Assembly: GCA_041746105.1 (NCBI GenBank)
Contig: JBGTHP010000039.1
Span: 34,201 to 98,200 of the forward strand
DNA from: Acidimicrobiia bacterium
GTDB taxonomy: Bacteria > Actinomycetota > Acidimicrobiia > Spongiisociales > ZC4RG35
Reading direction: 5' to 3'
DNA: 64,000 nucleotides
Below are positions 17,189-26,756 of the stretch, piece by piece. The notes below the pieces were generated by a model. It was not told the DNA's origin and searched no databases. It saw only the letters and a program-made list of their open reading frames with translations. Positions within the stretch are counted from its first letter, which is position 1. The number at the start of each line of letters is the position of its first letter. Made by a program: the position numbers and the translations under genes.

Positions 17189-18142
17189 TTAGAAGAGGAA
17201 AGGCAGAAAACGGCGTCGGACTCGCTCGCGATACTCGAAATACCCCGGAAACATCAGGGTCAGGGCTCGTTCCTCGAGCAGGGACTTTCTGTAAAGAACA
17301 AGGACCAGGGCCCCGAGTGGAACGGCCGGCCAAACACTTCCGGCCAGCACAGTCATCGCCAAGCTGCCCAATATCACACCCCCGTAGATCGGATGGCGAA
17401 CCAGGCGGAAAGGGCCACGGACAACCATCGCCGCACCCGATCTCGGTTCAGGCAGGGCCGACAGGTTGCTGCCGAGGACGATCACGGCACCTATGACGAG
17501 GGCGGAGCCAAACGCCGCCACCGCCACACCAATACCGCTTCGGATCGGAGTCAATGGCCTTTCGAGAAGCAGGAATGCAGTGACCGCAACTGCGCCGATC
17601 AGCACCAGCTGAGCCATGACCAGGATCGGCCCTAGCGCACCGATCGATGGAGGCCGAACCTCCCAGTCGCCAATGAAACGGAACACCCCACCCGAAGGAA
17701 CCTCTTGGATGGCGGCCTCGGCGGTCGTCCCATCACCCACAGGGGCAGTTGGCCACACTTCGATCAGTGGCTCGAGCACAAATCGTCGCCTGCTCGCACG
17801 GGGATGGGGAATCTGAACCGTGGCCGTTTCTACCGGGTCCCCTCGATGGGCGATGATATCCAGATCGAGGGTGCGGGGACCCCACTTCTCGTTGCGCACC
17901 CGACCGTGCTCGATCTCGATTTCGATGAGTTCTTCGAGCAGGGACTCGGCATCCAGATCCGTTTCGAGGACCGCGACCGCGTTCAAGTAGGGCCCTTGAT
18001 CCGGGCCGCCAACCGGGTCGGTCTCAAACAAAGAAGAGACCCCCACCACCGGGGATATTCGTCGCAGATGAGCGAGGCCGGAGCGCATGTACTCCAGGCG
18101 GTCGCCGAGGTTTGATCCGAGACCGATCGCGACCCGAGTCAT
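17189..18142 (-). CDS. folK: HPPK (FolK) fused to a C-terminal ICMT/PEMT-like membrane methyltransferase domain
   Basis: N-terminal ~155 aa is FolK: MTRVAIGLGSNLGDR...SSLFETDPVGGPDQGPYLNAVAVLETDL...WGPRTLDLDII. The C-terminal ~150 aa holds 4 TM segments and the motif RGPFRLVRHPIYGGVILG...LLEERALTLMFPGYFEYRERVRRRF, typical of isoprenylcysteine carboxyl / phospholipid methyltransferases. ATG at 18140-18142 overlaps the folB stop. Confidence 0.75.
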   Translation of the reverse strand: MTRVAIGLGSNLGDRLEYMRSGLAHLRRISPVVGVSSLFETDPVGGPDQGPYLNAVAVLETDLDAESLLEELIEIEIEHGRVRNEKWGPRTLDLDIIAHRGDPVETATVQIPHPRASRRRFVLEPLIEVWPTAPVGDGTTAEAAIQEVPSGGVFRFIGDWEVRPPSIGALGPILVMAQLVLIGAVAVTAFLLLERPLTPIRSGIGVAVAAFGSALVIGAVIVLGSNLSALPEPRSGAAMVVRGPFRLVRHPIYGGVILGSLAMTVLAGSVWPAVPLGALVLVLYRKSLLEERALTLMFPGYFEYRERVRRRFLPFLF

Positions 18143-18498
18143 CGCCGGCGGTGTATTGAGACCGATACGTCCCCGAAGGCGACCGGAATGGGTGCTGATG
18201 GTTTGTGCACGGTCACTTCGACTGCCTCGATCCGGCGATCGGCCAAAACCAGGTCGGCGACACGACCGGCAACTCGTTCGATCAACGACCATTGCTCGCC
18301 GGCCACGAGATCGTGAATCGATTGCGCCAGGGCTCCATAGTCGACGGTGTCGGTGAGCGTATCGGAAGCGCCGGCCTTGGACAGGTCCAGGGCGACCTCG
18401 ACATCCACCAGGAACAGCTGCCCTGCGGTTCGCTCTTCCGGGAGCACTCCGTGACGAGCAAAAACCTCGATTCGCTCGATCCTGATCCGATCGGTCAC
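18139..18498 (-). CDS. folB: dihydroneopterin aldolase
   Basis: MTDRIRIERIEVFARHGVLPEERTAGQLFLVDVEV. 119 aa. Confidence 0.9.
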   Translation of the reverse strand: MTDRIRIERIEVFARHGVLPEERTAGQLFLVDVEVALDLSKAGASDTLTDTVDYGALAQSIHDLVAGEQWSLIERVAGRVADLVLADRRIEAVEVTVHKPSAPIPVAFGDVSVSIHRRR

Positions 18499-18977
18499 TG
18501 GGGTGGTTTGGACAGCAGTGCTCTCGCCTTCGGTCCGAGCGGTCGTCCCAGGATCTCTTGGATAACCGCCGACGCCAAGATCTGGTCCTCGACCAAACCA
18601 GAGGCGATCAGGTATCCGCCCAAAAGTCCGGCCAAGTCGTCGTCGATGATCTCACGATGCAATAGCACCCTGGCCGTTTCGTCCGCAAGAGCCCGGTCCA
18701 GCACCTCGTAGAGTTGTTTGGCGTCCTTGGATGTGACGCTCGGGCCCATGGGCACCGCAAAACAACTGAGCCCGGCCGTTCTGTATGCCTGCAGGTTCTG
18801 GTTGCCGGCGAGAAGGGTGATGACCGTGGTGATCTTGGCTTCTCTCGTCAACCAGTTGATCTCCTCTTCGCGCCGAACCCGTCGGTGTTGGAATCCGTAT
18901 CCCCCGATTCTTTCGGACACGGCCAGTCGATTTGCGATGACCCATGTGAATTCGCGTGGTTTTAGACCTGTGATCAT
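18495..18977 (-). CDS. hypothetical protein between folP and folB
   Basis: ORF starting [20 protein letters not shown]. No catalytic motif identified. Start chosen at the ATG that abuts the folP stop. Confidence 0.4.
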   Translation of the reverse strand: MITGLKPREFTWVIANRLAVSERIGGYGFQHRRVRREEEINWLTREAKITTVITLLAGNQNLQAYRTAGLSCFAVPMGPSVTSKDAKQLYEVLDRALADETARVLLHREIIDDDLAGLLGGYLIASGLVEDQILASAVIQEILGRPLGPKARALLSKPPQ

Positions 18978-19804
18978 GTTCTTCCTTGCACGATAGCCCA
19001 CGCCAGACGGACGGCTTCCAGGGTGGCGCGTACATCGTGGGCCCTCACCAGGCGTACCCCACGCTCGACCGCCAAAGCGGCCAAGGTGGCAGAGGCACGA
19101 TCGCGGTCTCCGGGATCGGGAAGATCGAGGATCCGACCCAAAAACCCCTTCCGCGAAACACCGATCATCAGCGGCCTGCCGCTCCCCAGCTCGCCGAGGC
19201 GGTCCAATAGCTCGAGGTTGTGCTCGATCGTTTTCCCGAAGCCGATCCCGGGATCTACAACGATCGAGTGTTCGGAAAGCCCTTCATCGACCAGTCGCTG
19301 GGCACTCTGGTCCAGGTAGTCGCGCACCTCGGTCACGACATCGCCGTACACGGGATTGTCCTGCATGGTCTGTGGATCGCCTTTTTTGTGCATGACGACA
19401 ACACCGGCACCGTGCTCGATCGCGATCGAGCGCATCGCCGGATCAGCCATCCCGGAGATGTCGTTGATGACGACCGCACCCTCTTGACACGCGGCTTGCG
19501 CAACTTCCGGCTTGGTCGTATCCACCGACACCAACACGCCGGCATCGACCAAGCCCACGACCACCGGCAAGATGCGACCGAGCTCGTCGGCGACATCGAC
19601 CCCACGAGCGCCCGGTCGGCTCGATTCACCGCCAACATCCACAATCGCGGCTCCGGCCTCGACCAATGCGAGCCCGTGACCGATCGCGGCGGATGCCGAC
19701 GCCAGCATTCCACCGTCGGAGAAAGAGTCTGGTGTCATATTGATGATCCCCATGATCCGGGGGATGTCCAGCGAGAGCTCCGCGGATCGGAGCCTCCAGA
19801 TCAC
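18974..19804 (-). CDS. folP: dihydropteroate synthase
   Basis: [16 protein letters not shown]. 276 aa. Confidence 0.9.
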   Translation of the reverse strand: MIWRLRSAELSLDIPRIMGIINMTPDSFSDGGMLASASAAIGHGLALVEAGAAIVDVGGESSRPGARGVDVADELGRILPVVVGLVDAGVLVSVDTTKPEVAQAACQEGAVVINDISGMADPAMRSIAIEHGAGVVVMHKKGDPQTMQDNPVYGDVVTEVRDYLDQSAQRLVDEGLSEHSIVVDPGIGFGKTIEHNLELLDRLGELGSGRPLMIGVSRKGFLGRILDLPDPGDRDRASATLAALAVERGVRLVRAHDVRATLEAVRLAWAIVQGRT

Positions 19805-20376
19805 TTCGTGCCCTGGAGGAGCCGCATGGCCTCATTTCGTGTTGCCGGATTTCGCCGAATGATGCCCCGCACGGCAGAAGTCACGGTTGTCGCACCCGGT
19901 TTGCGCACTCCCCGCATCGACATGCACAGGTGCTCCGCCTCGATCACGACGATCGCCCCTTTGGGGGCGAGCACTCTTTCGAGCTCATCGGCGATCTGGG
20001 TCGTCAGCCTTTCCTGGACCTGGAGCCGCCTGGCGAAGGTGTCAACCAGCCTCGCCACCTTGGACAAACCGGTGATCGCACCCTCGTCGTTGGGGATATA
20101 TCCGACATGGGCTCGACCCAGAAAGGGCACGAGGTGATGTTCGCACAACGAGTACAGGGGGATGTCTCGAACCATCACCAACTCGTCATAACTCGACTCG
20201 AACTGGACCTGGAGATGCTGGTCGGCGTCTTCTGACATCCCAGAAAGCACTTCGGCATAAAAACGGGCAACCCGATCAGGAGTATCGGCAAGCCCGTCGC
20301 GGTCGGGATCCTCTCCAACCGCGATCAGAATCTGACGCACGGCAGCAGCGATGGCATCGTGATCGATCGTCGACAT
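19801..20376 (-). CDS. folE: GTP cyclohydrolase I
   Basis: [17 protein letters not shown] motif. Confidence 0.9.
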   Translation of the reverse strand: MSTIDHDAIAAAVRQILIAVGEDPDRDGLADTPDRVARFYAEVLSGMSEDADQHLQVQFESSYDELVMVRDIPLYSLCEHHLVPFLGRAHVGYIPNDEGAITGLSKVARLVDTFARRLQVQERLTTQIADELERVLAPKGAIVVIEAEHLCMSMRGVRKPGATTVTSAVRGIIRRNPATRNEAMRLLQGTK

Positions 20377-20391
20377 TGAACGGAACGCTAC

Positions 20392-22314
20392 TCAGTGACG
20401 GGACGGCTCGGTCTGCTCAGCAGCAGCAATTCCACCGTTGCTCTGGGCAGATTCACCGGGCAGTTGAATCCGCAAGGAGCCGCTGTTGACATGCTCCCAT
20501 TTCGGGACGTCAAAGAGCAGCTCGGCCAGTTCGTGGCGATCGATCGTCTCGCGTTCGAGCAGCGCTTCGGCCAGTCGGTCGAGCGAGCCGCGGTGGGTGC
20601 TCAGGATCTGACGGGCCTCTTCGTGAGCTGCCGTAATCAACGCCCTGACCTCTTCGTCGATCTTCGAGGCGACATCGTCCGAATAGTCGGCCTGGCGGTT
20701 GTAGTCACGTCCAAGGAAGACCTCGCCACTGGATTGACCATATTTCATCGGTCCCAGCAGGTCGCTCATCCCGTACTCCATCACCATTCTGCGAGCAGTA
20801 CGTGTTGCCTTTTCGATGTCATTGGAGGCCCCGGTCGAAGGATCCGAGAACACGATCTCCTCTGCAGTACGTCCGCCGAGCGCATAGGCAAGTTCATCGA
20901 CCATCTCGCTTCGACGCTTGTAATACCGGTCTTGAGTCGGCAGGGCCAGCGTGTACCCGCCGGCTCGCCCGCGAGGAATGATGGTGACCTTGTGGATGGG
21001 ATCGACGTTGGGCAGGGCAAACCCCACCAGAGCGTGACCGCCCTCGTGATAAGCGGTGATACGGCGCTCTTCCTCGGTGACGATTCGTGATCTTCTTTCA
21101 GGTCCTGCGATCACTCTGTCGATCGCCTCGTTGAGTTCATCCATCCCGATCTGCGTCTTGCGGCGGCGCACCGTCAACAACGCAGCCTCGTTGATGAGGT
21201 TGGCCAGATCGGCACCGGTGAATCCTGGAGTCCCTCGCGCCACCGACTCGAGATCGATGTCGTTGCCAAGAGGTTTTCCCTTGGCATGGACATCGAGAAT
21301 TGCGTGACGTCCCTTGATGTCGGGGCCGTCGATGGTGATCTGGCGATCGAAACGTCCTGGTCTCAAAAGAGCTGGATCGAGAATGTCTGGTCGGTTGGTG
21401 GCAGCCATGACGATGACACCCACATTTGCCTCGAAGCCATCGAGCTCGACCAATAGCTGGTTGAGCGTCTGCTCTCGTTCGTCATGCCCTCCGCCCAGGC
21501 CGGCGCCACGGTGACGGCCAACCGCGTCGATTTCGTCGATGAAAATAATGGCCGGAGCCGATGCCTTCGCCTGTTCGAACAAATCTCGAACACGAGACGC
21601 TCCGACACCTACGAACATCTCGACAAAATCCGATCCGGAGATCGAGTAGAAGGGAACACCGGCCTCGCCGGCAACCGCCTTCGCCAACAGGGTCTTGCCG
21701 GTTCCGGGGGGACCAAACAGCAACACACCCTTGGGAATCTTGGCTCCCATCGCCCGGTACTTGTCGGGGTGCTTGAGAAAATCTCTGATCTCTTCTAGCT
21801 CTTCGATTGCCTCTTCGAGACCCGCCACTTCCTTGAACGTGACTTTGGGTTGGTCCTTTGACACCGTCTTGGCCTTGGCTTTGCCGAACTGCATCACCCG
21901 GTTTCCAGAACCCTGCATCTGGGTGAAAAAGAACACCATCAGACCGATCAAGATCAGCCACGGGAGAAGCTGCAACAAATAGTCGGCAAAACCCGGCGGC
22001 TGGTTGTCGACTCGATATTCCACGCCTGCGGCATCGAGGCGATCTTCGACGGATTCGCCAAAACGGTCACCGATCTCCACGAAGAAATCGACTCCATCGG
22101 CCGCCGCCGACGAATCGACGTAACGGCCCTCAACTCGTTCCGAGCGGTTCAGAATTGTGACCGACTCGACCTTGTCAGCCTCGATTTGTTCGTAGAACTG
22201 GTTCAGTGTCAGCTCTTCTGGACCCGCAACCTGACCAAGCCATTGTGAAGCGGACACCACGAGCACACTGATGACAAGGCCATACACGAGCAACGTTCTA
22301 AGAGATCGATTCAC
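20392..22314 (-). CDS. ftsH: ATP-dependent zinc metalloprotease FtsH (copy 1, syntenic with folE/hpt)
   Basis: 640 aa. [45 protein letters not shown] zinc site. Confidence 0.95.
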   Translation of the reverse strand: MNRSLRTLLVYGLVISVLVVSASQWLGQVAGPEELTLNQFYEQIEADKVESVTILNRSERVEGRYVDSSAAADGVDFFVEIGDRFGESVEDRLDAAGVEYRVDNQPPGFADYLLQLLPWLILIGLMVFFFTQMQGSGNRVMQFGKAKAKTVSKDQPKVTFKEVAGLEEAIEELEEIRDFLKHPDKYRAMGAKIPKGVLLFGPPGTGKTLLAKAVAGEAGVPFYSISGSDFVEMFVGVGASRVRDLFEQAKASAPAIIFIDEIDAVGRHRGAGLGGGHDEREQTLNQLLVELDGFEANVGVIVMAATNRPDILDPALLRPGRFDRQITIDGPDIKGRHAILDVHAKGKPLGNDIDLESVARGTPGFTGADLANLINEAALLTVRRRKTQIGMDELNEAIDRVIAGPERRSRIVTEEERRITAYHEGGHALVGFALPNVDPIHKVTIIPRGRAGGYTLALPTQDRYYKRRSEMVDELAYALGGRTAEEIVFSDPSTGASNDIEKATRTARRMVMEYGMSDLLGPMKYGQSSGEVFLGRDYNRQADYSDDVASKIDEEVRALITAAHEEARQILSTHRGSLDRLAEALLERETIDRHELAELLFDVPKWEHVNSGSLRIQLPGESAQSNGGIAAAEQTEPSRH

Positions 22315-22407
22315 GGATTCCTCAAGAAATGGCGAGGTGGCGCGCCGTTTAGGGCCCGCCTTTCGTCCTTCATGCTACGAGCCGCGAGCGCCTATGGAAA
22401 CCCATGA

Positions 22408-22833
22408 TCATTCGATCGTGCCCTCGACCACACCGACGAATGGCAGGTTGCGGTACTTGCCGGCGTAGTCCAACCCATATCCCACGACGAACTCGGGTCC
22501 GATATTGAACGCCGCATATTTGACATCGATCGGAACGCGTTGGATTCCCTCCTTGACGAGCAGCGCAGCGATCTCGAGCGACGCAGGTTTTCTCACCTTG
22601 AGGCTCTTCATCAGATAGTTGAGGGTGAGGCCGGAGTCGATGATGTCTTCGACGATGAGGACATCTCTGCCGGCGATTTCCTGATCGAGGTCTTTGAGAA
22701 TCCGAACCACGCCAGATGTCTGGGTTGACGCCCCATAAGACGAGACCGCCATGAAATCGAATTCCATCGGGATGTCTATCTTGCGGGCGAGGTCAGCCAT
22801 GACCATGAACGCGCCCTTGAGGACGCCGACCAC
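22408..22833 (-). CDS. hpt: hypoxanthine-guanine phosphoribosyltransferase. The annotated GTG start truncates the conserved N-terminus. The frame stays open upstream to ~22940 without a canonical start.
   Basis: VVGVLKGAFMVMADLAR...VLIVEDIIDSGLTL. The upstream in-frame translation (22834-22935) reads SLISAREIDEKLTEVGAQISADYRGKDLL, the normal Hpt N-terminus. No ATG/GTG/TTG occurs there, only CTG/ATC. Confidence 0.85.
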   Translation of the reverse strand: MVGVLKGAFMVMADLARKIDIPMEFDFMAVSSYGASTQTSGVVRILKDLDQEIAGRDVLIVEDIIDSGLTLNYLMKSLKVRKPASLEIAALLVKEGIQRVPIDVKYAAFNIGPEFVVGYGLDYAGKYRNLPFVGVVEGTIE

Positions 22834-22913
22834 CAGCAGATCCTTACCTCGATAGTCGGCGCTGATCTGAGCACCGACCTCAGTCAGCTTCTCGTCGATC
22901 TCTCGAGCCGAAA

Positions 22914-24290
22914 TCAGCGAATTGATTGTTGCCAGGGAATCTCCTCCACCGCGACGACGGAAAGGTAGCGGGTTTGGTCCGGTTCTTCCCAGCCGAGTCG
23001 GCCGACCCCAACAACCCAGACCACGCGACCTTCACTCTCCATCACTGGCCAGCCTTCGCCAGGGCTCCGCTCGAGTGCCGCATTTCCGAGCAGTCCATCA
23101 ACCGTCTCGCCGCCAAGGCGGTCGCCGGGCGCGGCCCAACGAATGCGCGCCGGCTTGTCGAGCGGGAGTACCGCGGCCCAAGGTGAAATGGGAAACGTTC
23201 CCGCAAGCGGCAGAGTTGTGAAACGAAAGGAGCCGAGTGCGACCTCACCTTCGGCGAGTACATCGACATAGTCGACGCGCCCTGATTCCATCGACAGCAT
23301 CAGAGAGCCGGAAGAGACGGCCGCCACGACGCCGCCACCAAGCTGGGCAGACTTGCCGCCACCGCGAGCAACCTCGAGGGCGCGATCGACTGCTGCGGTG
23401 CCGAGGGTGTGCTCGAAGCCCATCATTCTCCACATTCGGCGAACCAATCGCCGGGCCAGGATGGTTTCCAGGAGTTCGAGATCGTCGATCGAGACGGCAG
23501 GAGACCCACCTACGAGCCGGACCGGCGTGTCATCTACGAGACGTTCCAGGACCTCGCGTTCCTCCTGGGCGATGAATGAGGACTGAGCGAGGGAGGGAGA
23601 AGGATCCCGGCCGAAGACCTCGGCCAAGGCCGGGATCAGCGTCGAACGTACGCGATTGCGGAGGATCTCCGACACCTCGTTGGCGGGGTCGTCCAACCAG
23701 GGCAGGCCCATCAGACTGGCGAGTTCCCTCGTTTCGGCTCTCCGCAGCCGCAGTAGGGGTCGGTGATAAGGCGCTCGCGATCGCGCAATCGACGAGAGCC
23801 CGTCGAGACCGGATCCGCGAGCCATGTTCATGAGGACGGTTTCGGCAACATCGTCGAGCGTATGCCCGGTCAACATCCATTCCGAGGGCCGTAAACCAAC
23901 CACATACTGGTGGTACCGAGCCGAGCGGGCACGGGCTTCGAGGTTGGCGCCCTGCCTTAGATCTACTCGGCGGACGTCGAGATCGATGCCGAGGGCGGCT
24001 GCGGCTTGGTTTGCCGATCGGCAGAGCGAGGGAGACGCCGGCAATCCGTGGTCCACGTGAAGGGCCCGAACGGGTGCACCGGAACGAACGGCCAGGCCTG
24101 CCATTGCCGCCGAGTCGGCTCCACCTGACAGCCCGATCACCAGAGATCCAGCGGGCCATTCGATCCTTGGGTCAACCTCTTTGAGGAGGGCTCTCAGGCG
24201 ACGCGTTTCAGCCAACTGTGCGGATCCTTGATCTCGGCGAGTGTGGGTAGCGATGACGGCTCGGCCCAGGCGAGGTCCAACGTCTTCCAA
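22914..24290 (-). CDS. tilS: tRNA(Ile)-lysidine synthetase
   Basis: LVIGLSGGADSAAMAGL PP-loop motif. 458 aa (true start probably further downstream). Confidence 0.85.
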   Translation of the reverse strand: MEDVGPRLGRAVIATHTRRDQGSAQLAETRRLRALLKEVDPRIEWPAGSLVIGLSGGADSAAMAGLAVRSGAPVRALHVDHGLPASPSLCRSANQAAAALGIDLDVRRVDLRQGANLEARARSARYHQYVVGLRPSEWMLTGHTLDDVAETVLMNMARGSGLDGLSSIARSRAPYHRPLLRLRRAETRELASLMGLPWLDDPANEVSEILRNRVRSTLIPALAEVFGRDPSPSLAQSSFIAQEEREVLERLVDDTPVRLVGGSPAVSIDDLELLETILARRLVRRMWRMMGFEHTLGTAAVDRALEVARGGGKSAQLGGGVVAAVSSGSLMLSMESGRVDYVDVLAEGEVALGSFRFTTLPLAGTFPISPWAAVLPLDKPARIRWAAPGDRLGGETVDGLLGNAALERSPGEGWPVMESEGRVVWVVGVGRLGWEEPDQTRYLSVVAVEEIPWQQSIR

Positions 24291-25348
24291 CCGGCTGCGC
24301 GCTCGACCGCCAGGACGAATTTTTCACCCTCTTCATACTGGCGCAGCTTCAACTCGATGCCCGTCAGACGGAAGAAGGCGGCCGTCTTCGGGTCCGAGCG
24401 CCGGGCTTTGAGAAGAAAATCCATCCGCGAAGGTGAGACCAACAGCTGATGCCCCAATCGATTCATGACGGCGTGTCCGTGACCCTCCAGCAGACTCATC
24501 AGCGCTTGGATTCGATCCAGATTGTGACGCTGCGCCGGAGCAGCGAGGAACCCGAACAGTCCTCGTTCGTCGATGATTGGCTCGCCGCTACGCCTTGCCT
24601 TGCGCATCTCCGAGATCAAACGAGCAACACGACCCTCATCAGGATCGACGGTGCCGACCATGTCGGCGACCAGACTGTGGAAATATCCCCTCATCCATCC
24701 GACGCCAACGAACTGGGCCCGATGGGCGGCTTCATGAAGCGCCACCCACGTCCGGAACTCTGATGGTCGAAGCTGATGGGCCCGCTCGAGGTGGAGGACG
24801 TTGGCACCAACGAACGCAATCGAATCACCATCTTCTCCGCCCGGCACCACCAACTCGTACTGACCCAAAACCCTTCTCGAGAGAAACCCGAGCAACGCAC
24901 CCGTCTGGCCGGCAACCAATCTCTTTGCCAGGGTCGGTCCGTCTGCCCCTGATCGGCTGATCTGATCTGAGAGCTTTTGTTCTACAGGGGAGAGCAACGC
25001 CGAGAAAACCTCAACGTTGCGCTCGACCCACTGGCGCCTTGTCACGACCGTCACCTCGGGTTGACCCGGGACCGAGAGACGGGTCTCCTCTGAGACGGCT
25101 TCGTTGGCGATCTCGACGATCCTCGGAAAATCCTGCGAGAGGTGTTCCACCAGATAGGACTCGGCCAGCGGATGGCTTCCGGCCACCAACCCCCCGACAC
25201 GTCTCGCAAACGGCCAAGGGATCGTTTCGGTCACTCGACGGCCTTGTACCGATTTCTGACAACCTTCAAGAAGTACTGGATCACCGTGGCGAAGATGGCC
25301 ACCGCCGCCAGGGCGATGCCAGTCGGCACAAGGAACTTCGTCGTCCAA
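24194..25348 (-). CDS. putative zinc-dependent metalloprotease (DUF2342-like, HExxH)
   Basis: ALHEAAHRAQF HExxH motif. Conserved actinobacterial neighbour of tilS. The N-terminal ~35 aa of the ORF are probably not translated. Confidence 0.6.
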   Translation of the reverse strand: MDDEVPCADWHRPGGGGHLRHGDPVLLEGCQKSVQGRRVTETIPWPFARRVGGLVAGSHPLAESYLVEHLSQDFPRIVEIANEAVSEETRLSVPGQPEVTVVTRRQWVERNVEVFSALLSPVEQKLSDQISRSGADGPTLAKRLVAGQTGALLGFLSRRVLGQYELVVPGGEDGDSIAFVGANVLHLERAHQLRPSEFRTWVALHEAAHRAQFVGVGWMRGYFHSLVADMVGTVDPDEGRVARLISEMRKARRSGEPIIDERGLFGFLAAPAQRHNLDRIQALMSLLEGHGHAVMNRLGHQLLVSPSRMDFLLKARRSDPKTAAFFRLTGIELKLRQYEEGEKFVLAVERAAGWKTLDLAWAEPSSLPTLAEIKDPHSWLKRVA

Positions 25349-25560
25349 GGTGCGGCCTCTGGTTGGGCGGTGAGATCAGGAATAGACACCGCGGGAACCT
25401 TGAATGTGTTCTCGGTCGTGGCGGCGGTGGTGGCGGTGGAAGTTTCCGTTTCCTGGGCCAATGTCTCCTGGGCCGATGTTTCCTGGGCCGATGCCGGGAG
25501 AACACCGGCGATCACAATCATGGCAACGAGCAGGAGAGATCGGATTTGGCGGAACATCAC
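25231..25560 (-). CDS. small secreted/anchored repeat protein
   Basis: 109 aa. N-terminal signal-like helix MMFRQIRSLLLVAMIVIAGVLPASA, AQETSAQETLAQETETSTATTAATTE repeats, C-terminal TM helix plus basic tail KVVRNRYKAVE. Tandem ~15-nt repeat at 25440-25500. Confidence 0.45.
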   Translation of the reverse strand: MMFRQIRSLLLVAMIVIAGVLPASAQETSAQETLAQETETSTATTAATTENTFKVPAVSIPDLTAQPEAAPWTTKFLVPTGIALAAVAIFATVIQYFLKVVRNRYKAVE

Positions 25561-25600
25561 GCGGGCAAGACTACAACCCCACCCGACGAGCGGCGAACCA

Positions 25601-25843
25601 CTAAGAGCTAGACGGTCCAGCGTGACGCAGAGCAGCCCTGAAGCGATCGATCACGTCCGGTGGGACTTCTTCGGCGAGGCGCTCTCGCACAACCCTCTTC
25701 AAACGAGACTCGAACTCGAAGTGCCCAACGCAGGGCGGACAGTCTGCGAGATGTTGGCGGATGCGCACGGTCTCAGCCTCCGGCATCTCCTCATCGAGAA
25801 AGAGATACAAGCTCGTCAGGGCATCGTCACAAGGCTCGCTCAC
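25601..25843 (-). CDS. rshA: zinc-binding anti-sigma factor (RsrA/RshA, ZAS family)
   Basis: GTG start overlapping the sigH stop (GTGA). [13 protein letters not shown] and HLADCPPC HxxxCxxC motifs. Confidence 0.75.
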   Translation of the reverse strand: MSEPCDDALTSLYLFLDEEMPEAETVRIRQHLADCPPCVGHFEFESRLKRVVRERLAEEVPPDVIDRFRAALRHAGPSSS

Positions 25844-26436
25844 GAAGAACTCACTGGGTCGTCGTCGATCAGGTGCTCTGGTATGAGTCCACGTTTCATT
25901 GCATAGTCCCACAACGCACGTTGGAGCGCTTTTCTTCCTCGATGCAGTCTCGACATCACAGTACCGATGGGGACATCCAAGATGTCGGCGATCTCCTTGT
26001 AGGACAGTCCCTCTAGATCGGCCAGCAGTACGGGGATCCGAAACGTCTCCGGCAACTCTTCGACCGCTGTCTTGACATCGGCGGCCACCAATCCGTCGAG
26101 GACCAAGTCCTCGGTCGATCGTGACGCCGCCGCGGTGTGCTCGGAACCGATCTTCCGGTACAAGAAAAAATCCTCGACGTCGCCAAGGTCGACCTCGTTG
26201 GGGCGGCGCGCATCGCGGCGATATTTGTTGATGAACGTGTTGGTCAGAATCCGAAAAAGCCAGGCTCGCAGGTTGGTTCCGGCCTCGAAAGAGTCATATG
26301 CGCGGTACCCCTTGAGTAGCGTTTCTTGAACCAGGTCCTCGGCGTCGGCGTGGTTGCGAGTCATCCGCCTGGCCGCGCTCAACAGCTGTGGAACGAGTTC
26401 CATCGCATCGTTTTCGAAGTCGACTTGTTCTGCCAT
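25840..26436 (-). CDS. sigH: ECF RNA polymerase sigma factor (SigH/SigR-like)
   Basis: 198 aa. Region 2 [16 protein letters not shown] and region 4 [28 protein letters not shown]. Confidence 0.85.
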   Translation of the reverse strand: MAEQVDFENDAMELVPQLLSAARRMTRNHADAEDLVQETLLKGYRAYDSFEAGTNLRAWLFRILTNTFINKYRRDARRPNEVDLGDVEDFFLYRKIGSEHTAAASRSTEDLVLDGLVAADVKTAVEELPETFRIPVLLADLEGLSYKEIADILDVPIGTVMSRLHRGRKALQRALWDYAMKRGLIPEHLIDDDPVSSS

Positions 26437-26521
26437 GAAGGGCTGAACGCTAGCGCAGGCCGCCCAGGGCTCTACATCCGGTCGGGGGATCCTCGAGGTT
26501 TCACTATCATGCCCTCCCCAC

Positions 26522-26597
26522 GCCGGGGTAGCTCAGTCGGTAGAGCAACGCACTCGTAATGCGTAGGTCAGGGGTTCAATTCCCCTCTCCGGCTCCA
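26522..26597 (+). tRNA. tRNA-Thr (anticodon CGT), with encoded CCA
   Basis: GCCGGGGTAGCTCAGTCGGTAGAGCAACGCACTCGTAATGCGTAGGTCAGGGGTTCAATTCCCCTCTCCGGCTCCA. Acceptor GCCGGGG/CTCCGGC, anticodon loop CTCGTAA, T-loop TTCAATT. Confidence 0.85.
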
Positions 26598-26686
26598 ACG
26601 ATCGCCGGCAGGCTTCGGCTGCGACGCCTGCCCATCCGGCATTTCTTGCAGCCCGAGTAGGGTCGGAAGGTCGGTCAAGACGAAAC

Positions 26687-26727
26687 CGGTCAGGGGTTCA
26701 ATTCCCCTCCCCGGCTCCAACCATCGC
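26687..26727 (+). repeat. 41-nt imperfect direct repeat of the tRNA-Thr 3' half plus downstream flank (tRNA remnant / att-like scar)
   Basis: GGTCAGGGGTTCAATTCCCCTCCCCGGCTCCAACCATCGCC versus GGTCAGGGGTTCAATTCCCCTCTCCGGCTCCAACGATCGCC at 26563-26603. No matching 5' half upstream. The spacer carries the hairpin GGCAGGC-N11-GCCTGCC. Confidence 0.5.
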
Positions 26728-26756
26728 CAAACAGGCTCCGGCCACAACGGCGACAA

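Noticed and set aside
25142-25906. 254-aa + ORF spanning the metalloprotease end, the small repeat protein, and rshA
   Set aside because: Overlaps three better-supported minus-strand genes and has no motifs.
26600-26721. A second complete tRNA gene downstream of tRNA-Thr
   Set aside because: Only the 3' half is present. No 5' acceptor strand, D-arm or anticodon arm can be folded from the upstream 90 nt. Treated as a partial duplicate.
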